From assembly GCA_016124515.1 (NCBI GenBank), contig WGNN01000088.1:15392-79391 (forward strand): a stretch of 64,000 bases of DNA, written 5' to 3'. Below the pieces are notes generated by a model. That model searched no databases and had not been told where the DNA came from. It saw nothing but the letters and a program-made list of their open reading frames with translations. This DNA is from a bacterium. Lineage in GTDB: Bacteria; Bacteroidota; Bacteroidia; CAILMK01; JACPUW01. A program made the translations under genes and the position numbers. Positions 54,580 to 64,000 of the stretch are shown piece by piece. Each line of letters starts with the position of its first letter. The first letter of the stretch is position 1.

Positions 54580-56562
54580 CTATACTTTGGCGCCCAAACG
54601 ACTAAAGCCTTTAAGTATAATGTCGATGTCTTTGGTAAAATGGTAATTGCGGGCATAGGCCAAATCAATACGGTTGATGGCTTTTACTTCCAATTTCAGC
54701 TCGCGGTAGCGGTCTATGGGTTTCAACACGCCTTTGCGCAAGTGCGGCAGGTTTTCGTTGAGTTGTGTGCTTGAATAACCCACCCAGGTAAGTTTGCCAA
54801 TAAGCACGTGCCACAGGTTGGCAATAAAATGTTTCTTGTCTTTAATAGCCAGTATTGACAAAGGCAAGGTGGCGGTAAGCAAAAGCGCCACAAGCAAATC
54901 AACCACCCGCTTATTAAACTGATTTTCAGGACTTTTTAGCGCCAATTTCACATCTATGGTGTAGTAGTCGCCCGGTTGGTTTTTTGAGTTGCTGCCTATA
55001 ATAAACAAGCTTTCTTCGGGCACAATTTTATAAAACAAATCAGTTTTGTCAATGCCCAGCATCAGGTTGAAAATATCGCTCGACTTCATGTCTTTTGAGC
55101 AAAAAATCACCTCGTCTATTTTGTGTATGTTCACCACATCGTTGAGTTGACGCGACGAACCCAGAAAACCTTTGTTAAACTCATCGCCGGGACTCACAAA
55201 ACCCACCACCTCGTGTTGAATACCCGAGTGAACCAAAAGTTCGTTTACCCGCGCTGCTTCGTGCTCGCCGCCCACTATCACCATTCGTTTGGGTTTAATG
55301 CGCCCCAAAAACGGATGGCCTTCTCTGAAAAAATGCAACAACCAGCGGCTGGCATAAAACACGAGAAACGATACCACGGAACCTATAAGTACCATGGCGC
55401 GCGAAAAGCGAAGGTCTTCGTTGAGAAAAGCGTAAAAAATGGCCACCAATATGGTTCCTATCATCACTCCCTTAAAAACCCGCGATATTTGATAAGACCA
55501 TTTGTAGCTGCCCGTAAGCACCGCCCCAAATACCCAAATGAGTGAATAAATGGGCAAAATGAAATTGAAAAAATCGTCGGGATAATAATCGCCATCCGAG
55601 AGCTTTATATTGTGCTCATACCAATGTCCCGCGGCCACGAGCGCAGCAAAATTGAGTGCCCAATCAACGGCGGGGTGGGCAATATTTTTTACAAAACGCG
55701 TAATGATAGACAAGGCGGCGCGCAAATAAATAGCAATGCTTATGAGCAAGGTAAACAGTCGCGCATTGTTGGCATTAAAGTGCTTTTTGGCAAAAATGAT
55801 CATGGCGTTGTAAAACACAAAAACGTAGTTTACACTGTCTTTTTTTGTGCTTTCGCCTTTATAGTGAATTATGCGGGTGCTGGGCAGGTAGTAGTTTTTG
55901 TAACCACCCAATGTGAGGCGGTACGAAAGGTCAATGTCTTCGCCGTACATAAAAAAAGTCTCGTCAAGCAAGCCTACTTCATCAAGCGCTTTATGACGCA
56001 ACATCATAAAAGCCCCGGCCAACACATCCACAGAGTGCGTTTCGTCATTATCCAAAAAACCCAAATGGTATTTGCCAAATATTTTTGACTTGGGAAACAG
56101 AGCAGAGAATCCGAAAATTTTGAAAAAAGCGACATCAGGAGCGGGCAAACCACGTTTTGACTCTGGAAGGAAATTGCCTTTTCCATCGAGCATTTTCACA
56201 CCCAAACCACCGCCATCGGGGTTTTCGTCCATAAACTCCACGCATTTCAAAAAGGTGTCTTCTTCTACTACAGTGTCAGGATTCAGCAACAAAACATATT
56301 CGCCTTCGCTTTGCCTAATGGCTTGGTTGTTTGCTTTAGAAAAGCCCTTGTTATCTTTATTGGCCAACAGTTTTACCCACTTAAACCGCTCGCGTACCAT
56401 TTCAACCGAGCCATCTACCGAGTTGTTGTCAACCACCCACACATCGCTTTCCCAATTGGGGTGTGCAGCAGCCATCTGAGCCATAGCCTTGTGGCAAGAG
56501 TGCAGGCATTGCTCCAGAAAGTACTTTACGTTGTAATTGACAATTACTATAGAAAGCTTCAT
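54580..56562 (-). CDS. Family 2 glycosyltransferase fused to a TM region and a sugar-transferase-like C-terminal domain
   Basis: 660 aa. The N-terminal GT2 shows SIVIVNYN, VVDNNSVDGS and a DxD-type region. There are ~4 central TM helices. The C-terminal segment DLLVALLLTATLPL...LIGKLTWVGY resembles bacterial sugar (polyprenyl-phosphate) transferases, but it is divergent. Confidence 0.8.
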   Translation of the reverse strand: MKLSIVIVNYNVKYFLEQCLHSCHKAMAQMAAAHPNWESDVWVVDNNSVDGSVEMVRERFKWVKLLANKDNKGFSKANNQAIRQSEGEYVLLLNPDTVVEEDTFLKCVEFMDENPDGGGLGVKMLDGKGNFLPESKRGLPAPDVAFFKIFGFSALFPKSKIFGKYHLGFLDNDETHSVDVLAGAFMMLRHKALDEVGLLDETFFMYGEDIDLSYRLTLGGYKNYYLPSTRIIHYKGESTKKDSVNYVFVFYNAMIIFAKKHFNANNARLFTLLISIAIYLRAALSIITRFVKNIAHPAVDWALNFAALVAAGHWYEHNIKLSDGDYYPDDFFNFILPIYSLIWVFGAVLTGSYKWSYQISRVFKGVMIGTILVAIFYAFLNEDLRFSRAMVLIGSVVSFLVFYASRWLLHFFREGHPFLGRIKPKRMVIVGGEHEAARVNELLVHSGIQHEVVGFVSPGDEFNKGFLGSSRQLNDVVNIHKIDEVIFCSKDMKSSDIFNLMLGIDKTDLFYKIVPEESLFIIGSNSKNQPGDYYTIDVKLALKSPENQFNKRVVDLLVALLLTATLPLSILAIKDKKHFIANLWHVLIGKLTWVGYSSTQLNENLPHLRKGVLKPIDRYRELKLEVKAINRIDLAYARNYHFTKDIDIILKGFSRLGAKV

Positions 56563-56565
56563 ATT

Positions 56566-57171
56566 TTATACATCAAATGGAATTCTGGAAAGCAAGGATC
56601 TACCGAGTGTTATTTCATCTACAAACTCAAGCTCACCGCCAATAGCTATTCCTTTGGCAATTGTGGTTATCTGCACTTGGTATTCTTTTAGTTGCTTTGA
56701 GATATAGAAGATAGTAGTATCACCTTCCATGGTTGCGCTGAGCGCAAAAATTATTTCTGAAACATTGCCATTCTTCACGCGGTCAACCAGTTGGGCTATT
56801 TTTAAATCGTCGGGCCCCACGCCTTCCATTGGCGAAATAACCCCACCCAACACATGATAGGCTCCTGTAAACTGTCCGGTAGATTCAATAGCGAGTACAT
56901 CGCGAACGTCTTGAACCACACATATTTTCCCCTGATCGCGGTTTTGGCTGCTGCAAATGGCGCACCGCTCGTGGTCTGACAAATTGAAACAGGTTTGGCA
57001 ATATTTTACTTCCGTGCGCAAACCTTCCACAGCTAATTCAAACTGTTTCAGGCTATCGCTGTTTTGTTTCAAAAGATGCAAGACCAAACGCACCGCAGTC
57101 TTATTGCCAATGCCGGGCAAAGACTTAAATGATTCTACCGCTTTTTGTACTGCTTTTGATGGATATTCCAT
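56566..57171 (-). CDS. recR: Recombination protein RecR
   Basis: It has the HhH LPGIGNKTAVRL, the zinc finger CQTCFNLSDHERCAIC, and a Toprim domain. I moved the start to the Met at 57171 (MEYPSKAVQKA). Confidence 0.95.
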   Translation of the reverse strand: MEYPSKAVQKAVESFKSLPGIGNKTAVRLVLHLLKQNSDSLKQFELAVEGLRTEVKYCQTCFNLSDHERCAICSSQNRDQGKICVVQDVRDVLAIESTGQFTGAYHVLGGVISPMEGVGPDDLKIAQLVDRVKNGNVSEIIFALSATMEGDTTIFYISKQLKEYQVQITTIAKGIAIGGELEFVDEITLGRSLLSRIPFDV

Positions 57172-57426
57172 ATAAATTGGCGCAAATGTGGCCTTAGTTT
57201 CAGAAATAAAGCCCACTTGAAATACACATTTCTTCTCAGCCTGCTTTCTTTAGCCGGCAGCACCAATCCATTATGCATCCAAATAGTCCTTGGCTAAATC
57301 CATCACAATTCAGATTTTCCGGGTTTAATTATTCTCCGTCGTACTTTCTGTACAACCTACCCACATTTTTAGAAACAATGGCCAAATGCAAGAGATGCAA
57401 ATGTTGCTAGGCCTAATTTCGCGGCC

Positions 57427-57909
57427 ATGTCAACACTCAATCCCGATAACCTCCTGGACCGCATTTTACTTTACTGGCAAACCGAAGATTTGATAAGAGC
57501 TTACCAATTTGACGTAAATAAATTGGTGAAAATTGATGCGCTTAGCCAACAAAATACCCAAGTGGACGCCAGCGTTTGGCTGCAAGATTTTGTAGCAAGA
57601 ATGGAAGACGAAAACGTGAAAGCGAGTGGCCATACAAGCCATTCTACCCCGCTCATTGATGAAATGCTGGAACGCTACCACCGCCAAAACCTTAGCGACA
57701 AAAATTTTGATGCGAGAACCAAGGCTTTAAAACCTGCCATTAATGCATACAACAAGCAACGAAGAATGGTTGTGGACGATGTAACTGCCCTGCTTGAACT
57801 TACCTATGCCTATTACATGCAAAAAATGGCCGGCGGCGAAATACCCGAAGCCATTGAAAACCTAGCAACCGAGGCTATTGAAATCCTGAACGAACTGAGC
57901 AATGCATAA
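57427..57909 (+). CDS. DUF4924-like hypothetical protein
   Basis: 160 aa. LLDRILLYWQTEDLIRAYQFDVNKL matches my recollection of the DUF4924 N-terminal motif. It overlaps the aroB start by 8 nt. Confidence 0.6.
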   Translation: MSTLNPDNLLDRILLYWQTEDLIRAYQFDVNKLVKIDALSQQNTQVDASVWLQDFVARMEDENVKASGHTSHSTPLIDEMLERYHRQNLSDKNFDARTKALKPAINAYNKQRRMVVDDVTALLELTYAYYMQKMAGGEIPEAIENLATEAIEILNELSNA

Positions 57910-58930
57910 GGCGACCATTTTACACCAACTAGCGGAACTACCTCAATTTCTAAAAAACCTGGAGTTCAGCAGTTTATTCGTTTTGTGCGACCAAAACACC
58001 CAAGAATATTGCCTGCCCCTGCTGGCACCGCACCTGCCTAAGCACCAGGTTATTGCCATTAGAAACGGCGAGCAATACAAGACCATAAACGATTGCGAAA
58101 AAATATGGCAAAGGCTCATTGACAAATCAGCCGATAGAAAATCGCTGGTGATAAATCTGGGAGGCGGAATGATAACCGATATGGGCGGTTTTGCAGCGGC
58201 TACCTTCAAAAGAGGACTCGCTATTATACACATTCCCACCACGCTTTTGGGTATGGTTGATGCCGCTATCGGTGGCAAAACCGGTGTTAATTTCAAGGGG
58301 ATCAAAAACCAAATAGGCACTTTTACAGAGCCTTATGCCGTGGTAGCCGACCAAATATTTCTAAAAACCCTGCCCAAATCAGAAATGCGTTCAGGCTTGG
58401 GCGAAGTAATTAAATATGGCTTCATCCACTCGCCGCATATTTTGGCGCAATTGGAAAGCGAACCGCAAAACCACGCCACACGCATTGCCCAATGCATAGC
58501 CATAAAGCTGCAAATTGTGAAAGACGATCCGTTTGAGGCGGGTTTGCGACAAATACTCAATTTTGGTCATACCCTTGGCCATGCCTACGAAGCCTACAGC
58601 CACAGCAATGGGCCGGCCATAAGCCACGGCGAGGCGGTAGCCTGGGGAATGCTCAGCGAAATGTACCTATCGCAAGAAAAAACCGGATTTTCAGAAGAAG
58701 AAATGGCAGAAGCCAGCGCGCTCATTTTCAAGCACTTTGGCAAACCGGTGTTTTTGCGCGGTATGCCTTCGGTAAAAGAAGTGAGCCAATACCTGAGCCA
58801 TGACAAAAAAAATGTGGGCAACCAAATTATTTGCACCTTGTTAAAAGCTATTGGACAACCTGTTACCGGCATATCAATTACCGTTGAAGAAGCTGAAAAC
58901 GCCATTAAATGGTTGAAAACGCAATACTGA
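57902..58930 (+). CDS. aroB: 3-dehydroquinate synthase
   Basis: 342 aa. It has GGGMITDMGGFAAATFKRG, the metal ligands in LNFGHTLGHAYE, and HGEAVA. Confidence 0.93.
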   Translation: MHKATILHQLAELPQFLKNLEFSSLFVLCDQNTQEYCLPLLAPHLPKHQVIAIRNGEQYKTINDCEKIWQRLIDKSADRKSLVINLGGGMITDMGGFAAATFKRGLAIIHIPTTLLGMVDAAIGGKTGVNFKGIKNQIGTFTEPYAVVADQIFLKTLPKSEMRSGLGEVIKYGFIHSPHILAQLESEPQNHATRIAQCIAIKLQIVKDDPFEAGLRQILNFGHTLGHAYEAYSHSNGPAISHGEAVAWGMLSEMYLSQEKTGFSEEEMAEASALIFKHFGKPVFLRGMPSVKEVSQYLSHDKKNVGNQIICTLLKAIGQPVTGISITVEEAENAIKWLKTQY

Positions 58931-60264
58931 AAATAGCTGGTTTTGAGCCTGTTTCGCAAAGTGTAGCGGTTCATTTGCCGGTGTGCAAAAGCCTGAGCAA
59001 CCGCGCACTTATACTGCATTTTCTACACAACAAACCCATTGATTCCTTACAGCTTTCAACAGCCAACGACACGGCTTTGATGCGCAACATTCTGGAGTCA
59101 TTTTACAAAAGCAAAGAGATAGATGTGGCTGATGCGGGCACCGTGGCGCGTTTTATTATGGCCCTTTGCGCTGTAGCCGATACCAAAACGAGAACCATTT
59201 ATGGCTCAGCGCGCATGCATGAACGCCCTATGAAAGCGCTAAGCGATAGCCTGACCATGTTGGGTGCAAAAGTGGAATTTTTAGCACAACCCGGATTTTT
59301 GCCACTCAAAATAACAGGAACTGACAAGCCTGCAACAGCCTGTGAAATAGACCCCACAGAAAGCTCGCAATTTGTAAGCGCCATTTTGTTGCTTGCCCCT
59401 TTGTTGCCTTTGCCGTTTACCATTTTTTTAACCGACAAAATCACTTCAAAACCTTATGCCGAAATGACTATGGGTGCTTTGAAACAGTATGGATACCTGG
59501 TAGAAGAAGGTAAAAACCAACTGCGCATTACAAAATACAAAAACGAAAACAGCCATCCGAAACAACTGGAAGAAGCTGACTGGAGTGCCGCTATTTACTT
59601 TCTGTTTATCAATGCATTAATAGAAACCAAATACCACACAGAAGCAAAGCAACAATCCTTATTTTCAAGTGGTATTTCGCCTACAGAAACCCAGCTCAAG
59701 CAAGTAACACAAAAGTTATCGGGTTTCAAGATATACTTACCGGGTTTGTATGAATTTTCGCTTCAAGGCGACCGACAAATAGATGAACTTTTATCCAAAT
59801 TGGGGCTACAATTAAGGCATGATGAGAATGGATTTTACTGCACTCAGGGCAAGGCTTCTGAAACTGAAATAACCTTAAATTTTGCTGACAATCCCGACCT
59901 GGCACAGCCCTTTGCCTGCTACATGGCAGCCGCTAAAATCCGCGGTACATTGCGCGGTTTGCACACCTTGGCACATAAAGAAACCAATAGAATGGCAGCC
60001 TTGCAAAACGAACTGAAAAAGGTGGGAGCCAAAGTTGAAACCACCTCTGAAAGCCTGAGTCTAATGGGTTTTGAAGCAGTTGACAACAGTGCAGAAAACC
60101 AAATATTTGAAACCTACAACGACCACCGAATGGCCATGAGCCTTTTTCTTTTGCAAATTGCCCATCCGCATATTTCCATGCGCCATCCGCAAGTGGTTGT
60201 CAAATCATTTCCACAATTTTGGGAGGCGGTAAAAAGCCTCGGATTTAAACTTCAATACGACTGA
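58909..60264 (+). CDS. aroA: 3-phosphoshikimate 1-carboxyvinyltransferase (EPSP synthase)
   Basis: 451 aa. The motif [14 protein letters not shown] corresponds to the LPGSKS.SNRALLL consensus. It also has DHRMAMS near the C-terminus. It overlaps aroB by 22 nt. Confidence 0.9.
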   Translation: MVENAILKIAGFEPVSQSVAVHLPVCKSLSNRALILHFLHNKPIDSLQLSTANDTALMRNILESFYKSKEIDVADAGTVARFIMALCAVADTKTRTIYGSARMHERPMKALSDSLTMLGAKVEFLAQPGFLPLKITGTDKPATACEIDPTESSQFVSAILLLAPLLPLPFTIFLTDKITSKPYAEMTMGALKQYGYLVEEGKNQLRITKYKNENSHPKQLEEADWSAAIYFLFINALIETKYHTEAKQQSLFSSGISPTETQLKQVTQKLSGFKIYLPGLYEFSLQGDRQIDELLSKLGLQLRHDENGFYCTQGKASETEITLNFADNPDLAQPFACYMAAAKIRGTLRGLHTLAHKETNRMAALQNELKKVGAKVETTSESLSLMGFEAVDNSAENQIFETYNDHRMAMSLFLLQIAHPHISMRHPQVVVKSFPQFWEAVKSLGFKLQYD

Positions 60265-60266
60265 CC

Positions 60267-61355
60267 ATGCAGGCAAATACATTTGGAAAAGCTTTTAGCA
60301 TAAGCACCTTTGGCGAAAGCCACGGCCCGGCGGTGGGTGTTGTTATTGACGGCTGCCCTCCCCTTGTACACATTGATGAATCCTTTATACAAAAGGAGCT
60401 CGACCGCCGCAAACCCGGGCAATCTGCCATTACGACACAGCGCAGCGAAGACGATCAAGTTGAAATATTGTCGGGCGTATTTGAAGGCAAAAGCACCGGA
60501 CAGCCTATTTGCATGATGATTAAAAACAAAGACGCCCGAAGTAAAGACTACGGCAACCTACAACACAGCTACCGCCCTTCTCACGCCGATTTTGTATATC
60601 AAGCCAAATATGGCATCCGCGATTACCGAGGTGGCGGCAGAGCCTCAGCACGCGAGACAGCGGCACGGGTAGCCGCAGGAGCTGTGGCCAAACTCATTTT
60701 AAAGCAACAATCTATAGACATTATCGCATTTGTAAAACAAGTAGGAACTCTTGAATTACCCCCTGATGAGGTGGATTACAGCGAAATTGAAAAAAACATA
60801 GTGCGCTGCCCCAATGCTTCAATGGCCACTAAATTCATAGAAGCAATAGACAATGCACGGCGCGAACGCGATAGCCTGGGGGGTACCATCAGCTGCCACA
60901 TAAACAACTGCCCCGTAGGTTTGGGCGAACCCGTATTTGACAAACTTGACGCCGATTTGGCAAAAGCCATGCTGAGCATTCCCGCAGTAAAAGGATTTGA
61001 AATAGGCTCAGGATTTGCCGCTACCAAAATGAAAGGCTCTACACACAACGATGAATTTGTAGCCAAGGAGAAAGGCATTGGCACACGCACCAATAATTCG
61101 GGCGGTGTGCAGGGCGGCATAAGCAATGGCGAACAAATCTATTTTAACGTGGCTTTTAAACCCGTGGCCACCATAGCACAAAACCAACAAACAGTTGACG
61201 ACCAAGGCAATAGCATAGAACTACAGGTAAAAGGCCGACACGATCCATGTGTGGTGCCAAGGGCAGTGCCCATTGTAGAGGCAATGGCAGCCCTTGTGGT
61301 TTGCGATCACCTCTTGCGCCACAATGTCTATACCCGCCTCGCATCAGGTAGTTGA
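60267..61355 (+). CDS. aroC: Chorismate synthase
   Basis: 362 aa. It has [36 protein letters not shown] and [13 protein letters not shown]. It starts 2 nt after the aroA stop. Confidence 0.95.
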   Translation: MQANTFGKAFSISTFGESHGPAVGVVIDGCPPLVHIDESFIQKELDRRKPGQSAITTQRSEDDQVEILSGVFEGKSTGQPICMMIKNKDARSKDYGNLQHSYRPSHADFVYQAKYGIRDYRGGGRASARETAARVAAGAVAKLILKQQSIDIIAFVKQVGTLELPPDEVDYSEIEKNIVRCPNASMATKFIEAIDNARRERDSLGGTISCHINNCPVGLGEPVFDKLDADLAKAMLSIPAVKGFEIGSGFAATKMKGSTHNDEFVAKEKGIGTRTNNSGGVQGGISNGEQIYFNVAFKPVATIAQNQQTVDDQGNSIELQVKGRHDPCVVPRAVPIVEAMAALVVCDHLLRHNVYTRLASGS

Positions 61356-61489
61356 GTCAGCGGTTTGTGATATTTTCATAGGGCTGATATACGGTTTTTG
61401 GCGGTTCGATACACATGCTGTGTACAAAATATGGGCATGAGGCTGCTTGTAGCCAATAACTTCGCCAAAAATTTGAGACTCAAATATTC

Positions 61490-64000
61490 ATGCGCAAGAT
61501 TCTCCTGTTACCCGGAGCTATTTTATTATTGATTTTCTCTGGGAAGAGTCAGGCCCAGACTTCGGTTAATGAAAGCTCGCTCAACCACTTATACAACCGG
61601 GCCCACGACCTGTTTCACAAACAGAAATACAGTGCTGCTCAAGATCTCTTTCTGCAATATGCCACCACGGGCAGCAATGAGCTATTGGTGTCAGAGTCGC
61701 GCTACTATGCTGCCTTGTGCGCGGGCGAATTGCTGCTGGGAAGCACGGTAGAAAAAACGGAAAAATTCAGAACTGATTTTCCTGAGAGCGGGCGCATGGA
61801 CCACTCGCACTACAAGTTGGCCGAATACTATTTCAGGCAAAAACAATATGAAAAAGCCCTGTTTGAGTTTATTGATATTGAACCACTTATAAGTCTTGAT
61901 CCGTACGAAACCGAGGCTTACTATTTCATGACCGGCTATTGCCAGTTTGTGCAGGGAAATTTGAATGAAGCGCGCGCCTATTTTGACGAAATAATTGATT
62001 ACCAAAACGAATACTACCACCTCGCCAATTATTTTCATGCATACGTTTCGTTTGAAAACGGAGAATACGACTTGGCCCTAAAAGGTTTCAAACGCATACA
62101 AAACCACCCCAATTTCAAGGATTTTGTGCCCATTTACATTTGCGAAGTATATGCCTACAACAAAGAGTACGACAAGGTAATCAGCTATGGCGACTCTATA
62201 CTGAGCAATAAGGAACTGCAAAAACGACATGTGGTGCAATTGCTGCTGGCGCAAGCCTACTTCAAGAAAAAGAATTTTGAAAAATCGAAAGAATACTACT
62301 TTGAATACAACGACTTGCGGAAACTGGGTGTAGAAGACAGCTACCAATATGGCTATGCCTGCTTCCAAACCGAAGACTACAAAACCGCCCAAAAACAGTT
62401 TGAGAGTTTCAAAATAGAAGAAGATTCGCTGGGACAAAATGTTTCGTACCTGCTGGGCGATTGCTACCTGCACCTTGACCAAAAGATGGAAGCACGCAAC
62501 TCCTTTCAGTTTGCTTCAAACCTCAATTTTGACGAATCCTTAACCGAAGAATCGTTTTACAACTACGCCAAACTTTCGCACGAACTCAAGTTCAACAAAG
62601 CGGCTATGATTGCCTTTAACGATTTCATAAAAAAATATCCAAAGTCAAAATACATTGATGAGGCAAAGGTGAATTTTACGCGTCTGCTGCTGAGCTCCAA
62701 CAACCACTTGCAGGCGCTCGAAATGATAGCCGAAATTCCAAATCCGAGCAAAAAAATAGATGAAGGCTACCAGCGCCTTGCCTACAACGTGGGGCTTGAA
62801 TACCTTGATTTACAAAACAATATCAAGGCGCGGGAGTACCTGAACAAATCGTTGGCCCGGGCCGTAATACCAGAATACAAAGCACTTGCACATTTTTGGA
62901 TTGGTGAGTCGCTCTACAATGAAGAACGCTATGAAGAGGCCATGAAATCTTACAAAAATTACCTTTTTGTTCCCGAGTCAAAAAACATTCCCCTTACCGC
63001 CGTTACCAACTACAACATAGCCTATTGCCTTATTAAAACCGGCAACTACAAAGAGGCCCTGTATTTTCTTGACAATTATTTCAAAAACAAAAACAGCATA
63101 TACACCAAGCAATTTGATGCCGATGCCAATACCCGCACCGCCGATTGCTACTACGAGCTGCGTGTGTATGACAAAGCCGTGTCCTATTACCAAAAAATAA
63201 TTGACCAAAAAGAAGGCGAGCAAGACTACGCCATGTTTCAGGTGGGGGTAATAAAAGGTTTGCAGGGCAATGCCTTGCAGAAAATTGAAATACTTGACCA
63301 ATTGGTGGCCAACTTCCCAAAATCGCAATACACCGACGATGCCTTGTTTGAAAAAGCCAATGAAAAATTTATTTTAGGCTACCGCACACAAGCCCTTCGC
63401 GAGTTTGAGTACTTGAACCAGGATTTTCCCAACAACCCTTACCAAAAGAAAGCCGAGCAGAAAATAGGACTCATTTTTTACCAAATGGATCAGCCCGAAA
63501 AAGCCATTGCCATTTTCAAAAAAATTGTAGAAGAATTCCCTTCCACCACCGAGTCGAAAGAATCGTTGCGCATTTTGAAAGATATTTATACTGACTGGGG
63601 CAAGGCCGATGAATATTTTGAATGGTTGGCAGGTTTGGGCGGTAAATACAACATCCGCGAAAGCGAAAAAGACAGTGCCATGTTTCAATCGGCGCTGAGT
63701 TTTTTGAATAAGAACGATTGCAAAAACGGCAGCCAAACCCTTAAAAAATACCTTGAAACTTTTGACAAAGGCATTTACAAGCTCAACGCCCTGTATATGC
63801 TGGCCGATTGCCAATACGAGTTGAATGATTTCAATGGCGCGCTCAATTCTTTTGATGAAATCATAGCGCTCGGACCCAACGAATTTTCGGGCTCAGCCAT
63901 AGAAAAGGCAGCCGCATTGTGCTACGAAAAAGATTCATTTGCCCGCGCTATACCTTACCTTGAGTTGCGCACACAGTTGGTAAACAACAATACCGAACTG
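61490..64000 (+). CDS. Large secreted tetratricopeptide-repeat protein, partial (continues beyond the right edge)
   Basis: Absent from the ORF track because it has no stop in the window. I translated it by hand from the ATG at 61490 to 64000, which gives 837 codons with no stop. The signal peptide is MRKILLLPGAILLLIFSGKSQAQ. Many TPR-like A..Y/F helices follow (e.g. YKLAEYYFRQKQYEKA, AHFWIGESLYNEERYEEA). It explains away all minus-strand ORFs at 61691..63814. Confidence 0.85.
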   Translation, partial: MRKILLLPGAILLLIFSGKSQAQTSVNESSLNHLYNRAHDLFHKQKYSAAQDLFLQYATTGSNELLVSESRYYAALCAGELLLGSTVEKTEKFRTDFPESGRMDHSHYKLAEYYFRQKQYEKALFEFIDIEPLISLDPYETEAYYFMTGYCQFVQGNLNEARAYFDEIIDYQNEYYHLANYFHAYVSFENGEYDLALKGFKRIQNHPNFKDFVPIYICEVYAYNKEYDKVISYGDSILSNKELQKRHVVQLLLAQAYFKKKNFEKSKEYYFEYNDLRKLGVEDSYQYGYACFQTEDYKTAQKQFESFKIEEDSLGQNVSYLLGDCYLHLDQKMEARNSFQFASNLNFDESLTEESFYNYAKLSHELKFNKAAMIAFNDFIKKYPKSKYIDEAKVNFTRLLLSSNNHLQALEMIAEIPNPSKKIDEGYQRLAYNVGLEYLDLQNNIKAREYLNKSLARAVIPEYKALAHFWIGESLYNEERYEEAMKSYKNYLFVPESKNIPLTAVTNYNIAYCLIKTGNYKEALYFLDNYFKNKNSIYTKQFDADANTRTADCYYELRVYDKAVSYYQKIIDQKEGEQDYAMFQVGVIKGLQGNALQKIEILDQLVANFPKSQYTDDALFEKANEKFILGYRTQALREFEYLNQDFPNNPYQKKAEQKIGLIFYQMDQPEKAIAIFKKIVEEFPSTTESKESLRILKDIYTDWGKADEYFEWLAGLGGKYNIRESEKDSAMFQSALSFLNKNDCKNGSQTLKKYLETFDKGIYKLNALYMLADCQYELNDFNGALNSFDEIIALGPNEFSGSAIEKAAALCYEKDSFARAIPYLELRTQLVNNNTEL

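Noticed and set aside
61691-63814. Minus-strand ORFs 61691..62038, 62078..62482, 62563..62751, 62978..63328 and 63374..63814
   Set aside because: All are antisense to an uninterrupted 837-codon plus-strand TPR-protein frame (61490..64000). That frame has a signal peptide and was missing from the ORF track only because it has no stop in the window.

Overview
This looks like a chromosomal window from a Bacteroidota-type genome. Supporting evidence is T9SS type A and type B C-terminal sorting domains, parA-parB-DUF5683-dapB-lepB synteny, and a DUF4924-like gene. I support about 55 protein-coding genes. By eye I found no rRNA, no bona fide tRNA, no CRISPR array, and no transposase or integrase. 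The left ~14 kb (1..13860) is accessory-like. Every gene there is on the minus strand, the DNA looks more AT-rich, and it encodes small hypothetical membrane-anchored proteins, GNAT, HExxH, SpoU, VOC, CPBP and 2OG-oxygenase genes. The remaining ~50 kb is mostly housekeeping. It includes lepA, a multi-PAS/GAF kinase, an M49 peptidase, moaA/C and moaD/E, miaA, a CCA-type nucleotidyltransferase, yidC, tsaC/sua5, lepB, dapB, parAB, purB, lysS, a mhpD/F/E-like module, a SulP permease, a T9SS cargo cluster, a GT2 fusion, recR, aroB/A/C, and a large TPR protein that runs off the right edge. The most unusual content is non-coding. (1) Two arrays of one repeat family (2275..2640 and 8361..9200) are built from C(UUCG)G tetraloop hairpins. 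The second array is expanded by head-to-tail 23-nt repeats that look iteron-like on one strand and tRNA T-arm plus ACCA-like on the other. (2) These arrays bracket a 5.7-kb, 8-gene block, and an identical 14-bp direct repeat sits at both junctions. (3) Several intergenic arrays have 7-nt periodicity, including eight CTGAYAA units between the normally coupled mhpF- and mhpE-like genes. (4) A single in-frame TGA splits an HExxH protein. I do not see a recognisable multi-gene defence or toxin system. The functional readings of these items are hypotheses that need searches and RNA or strain data I cannot run here.
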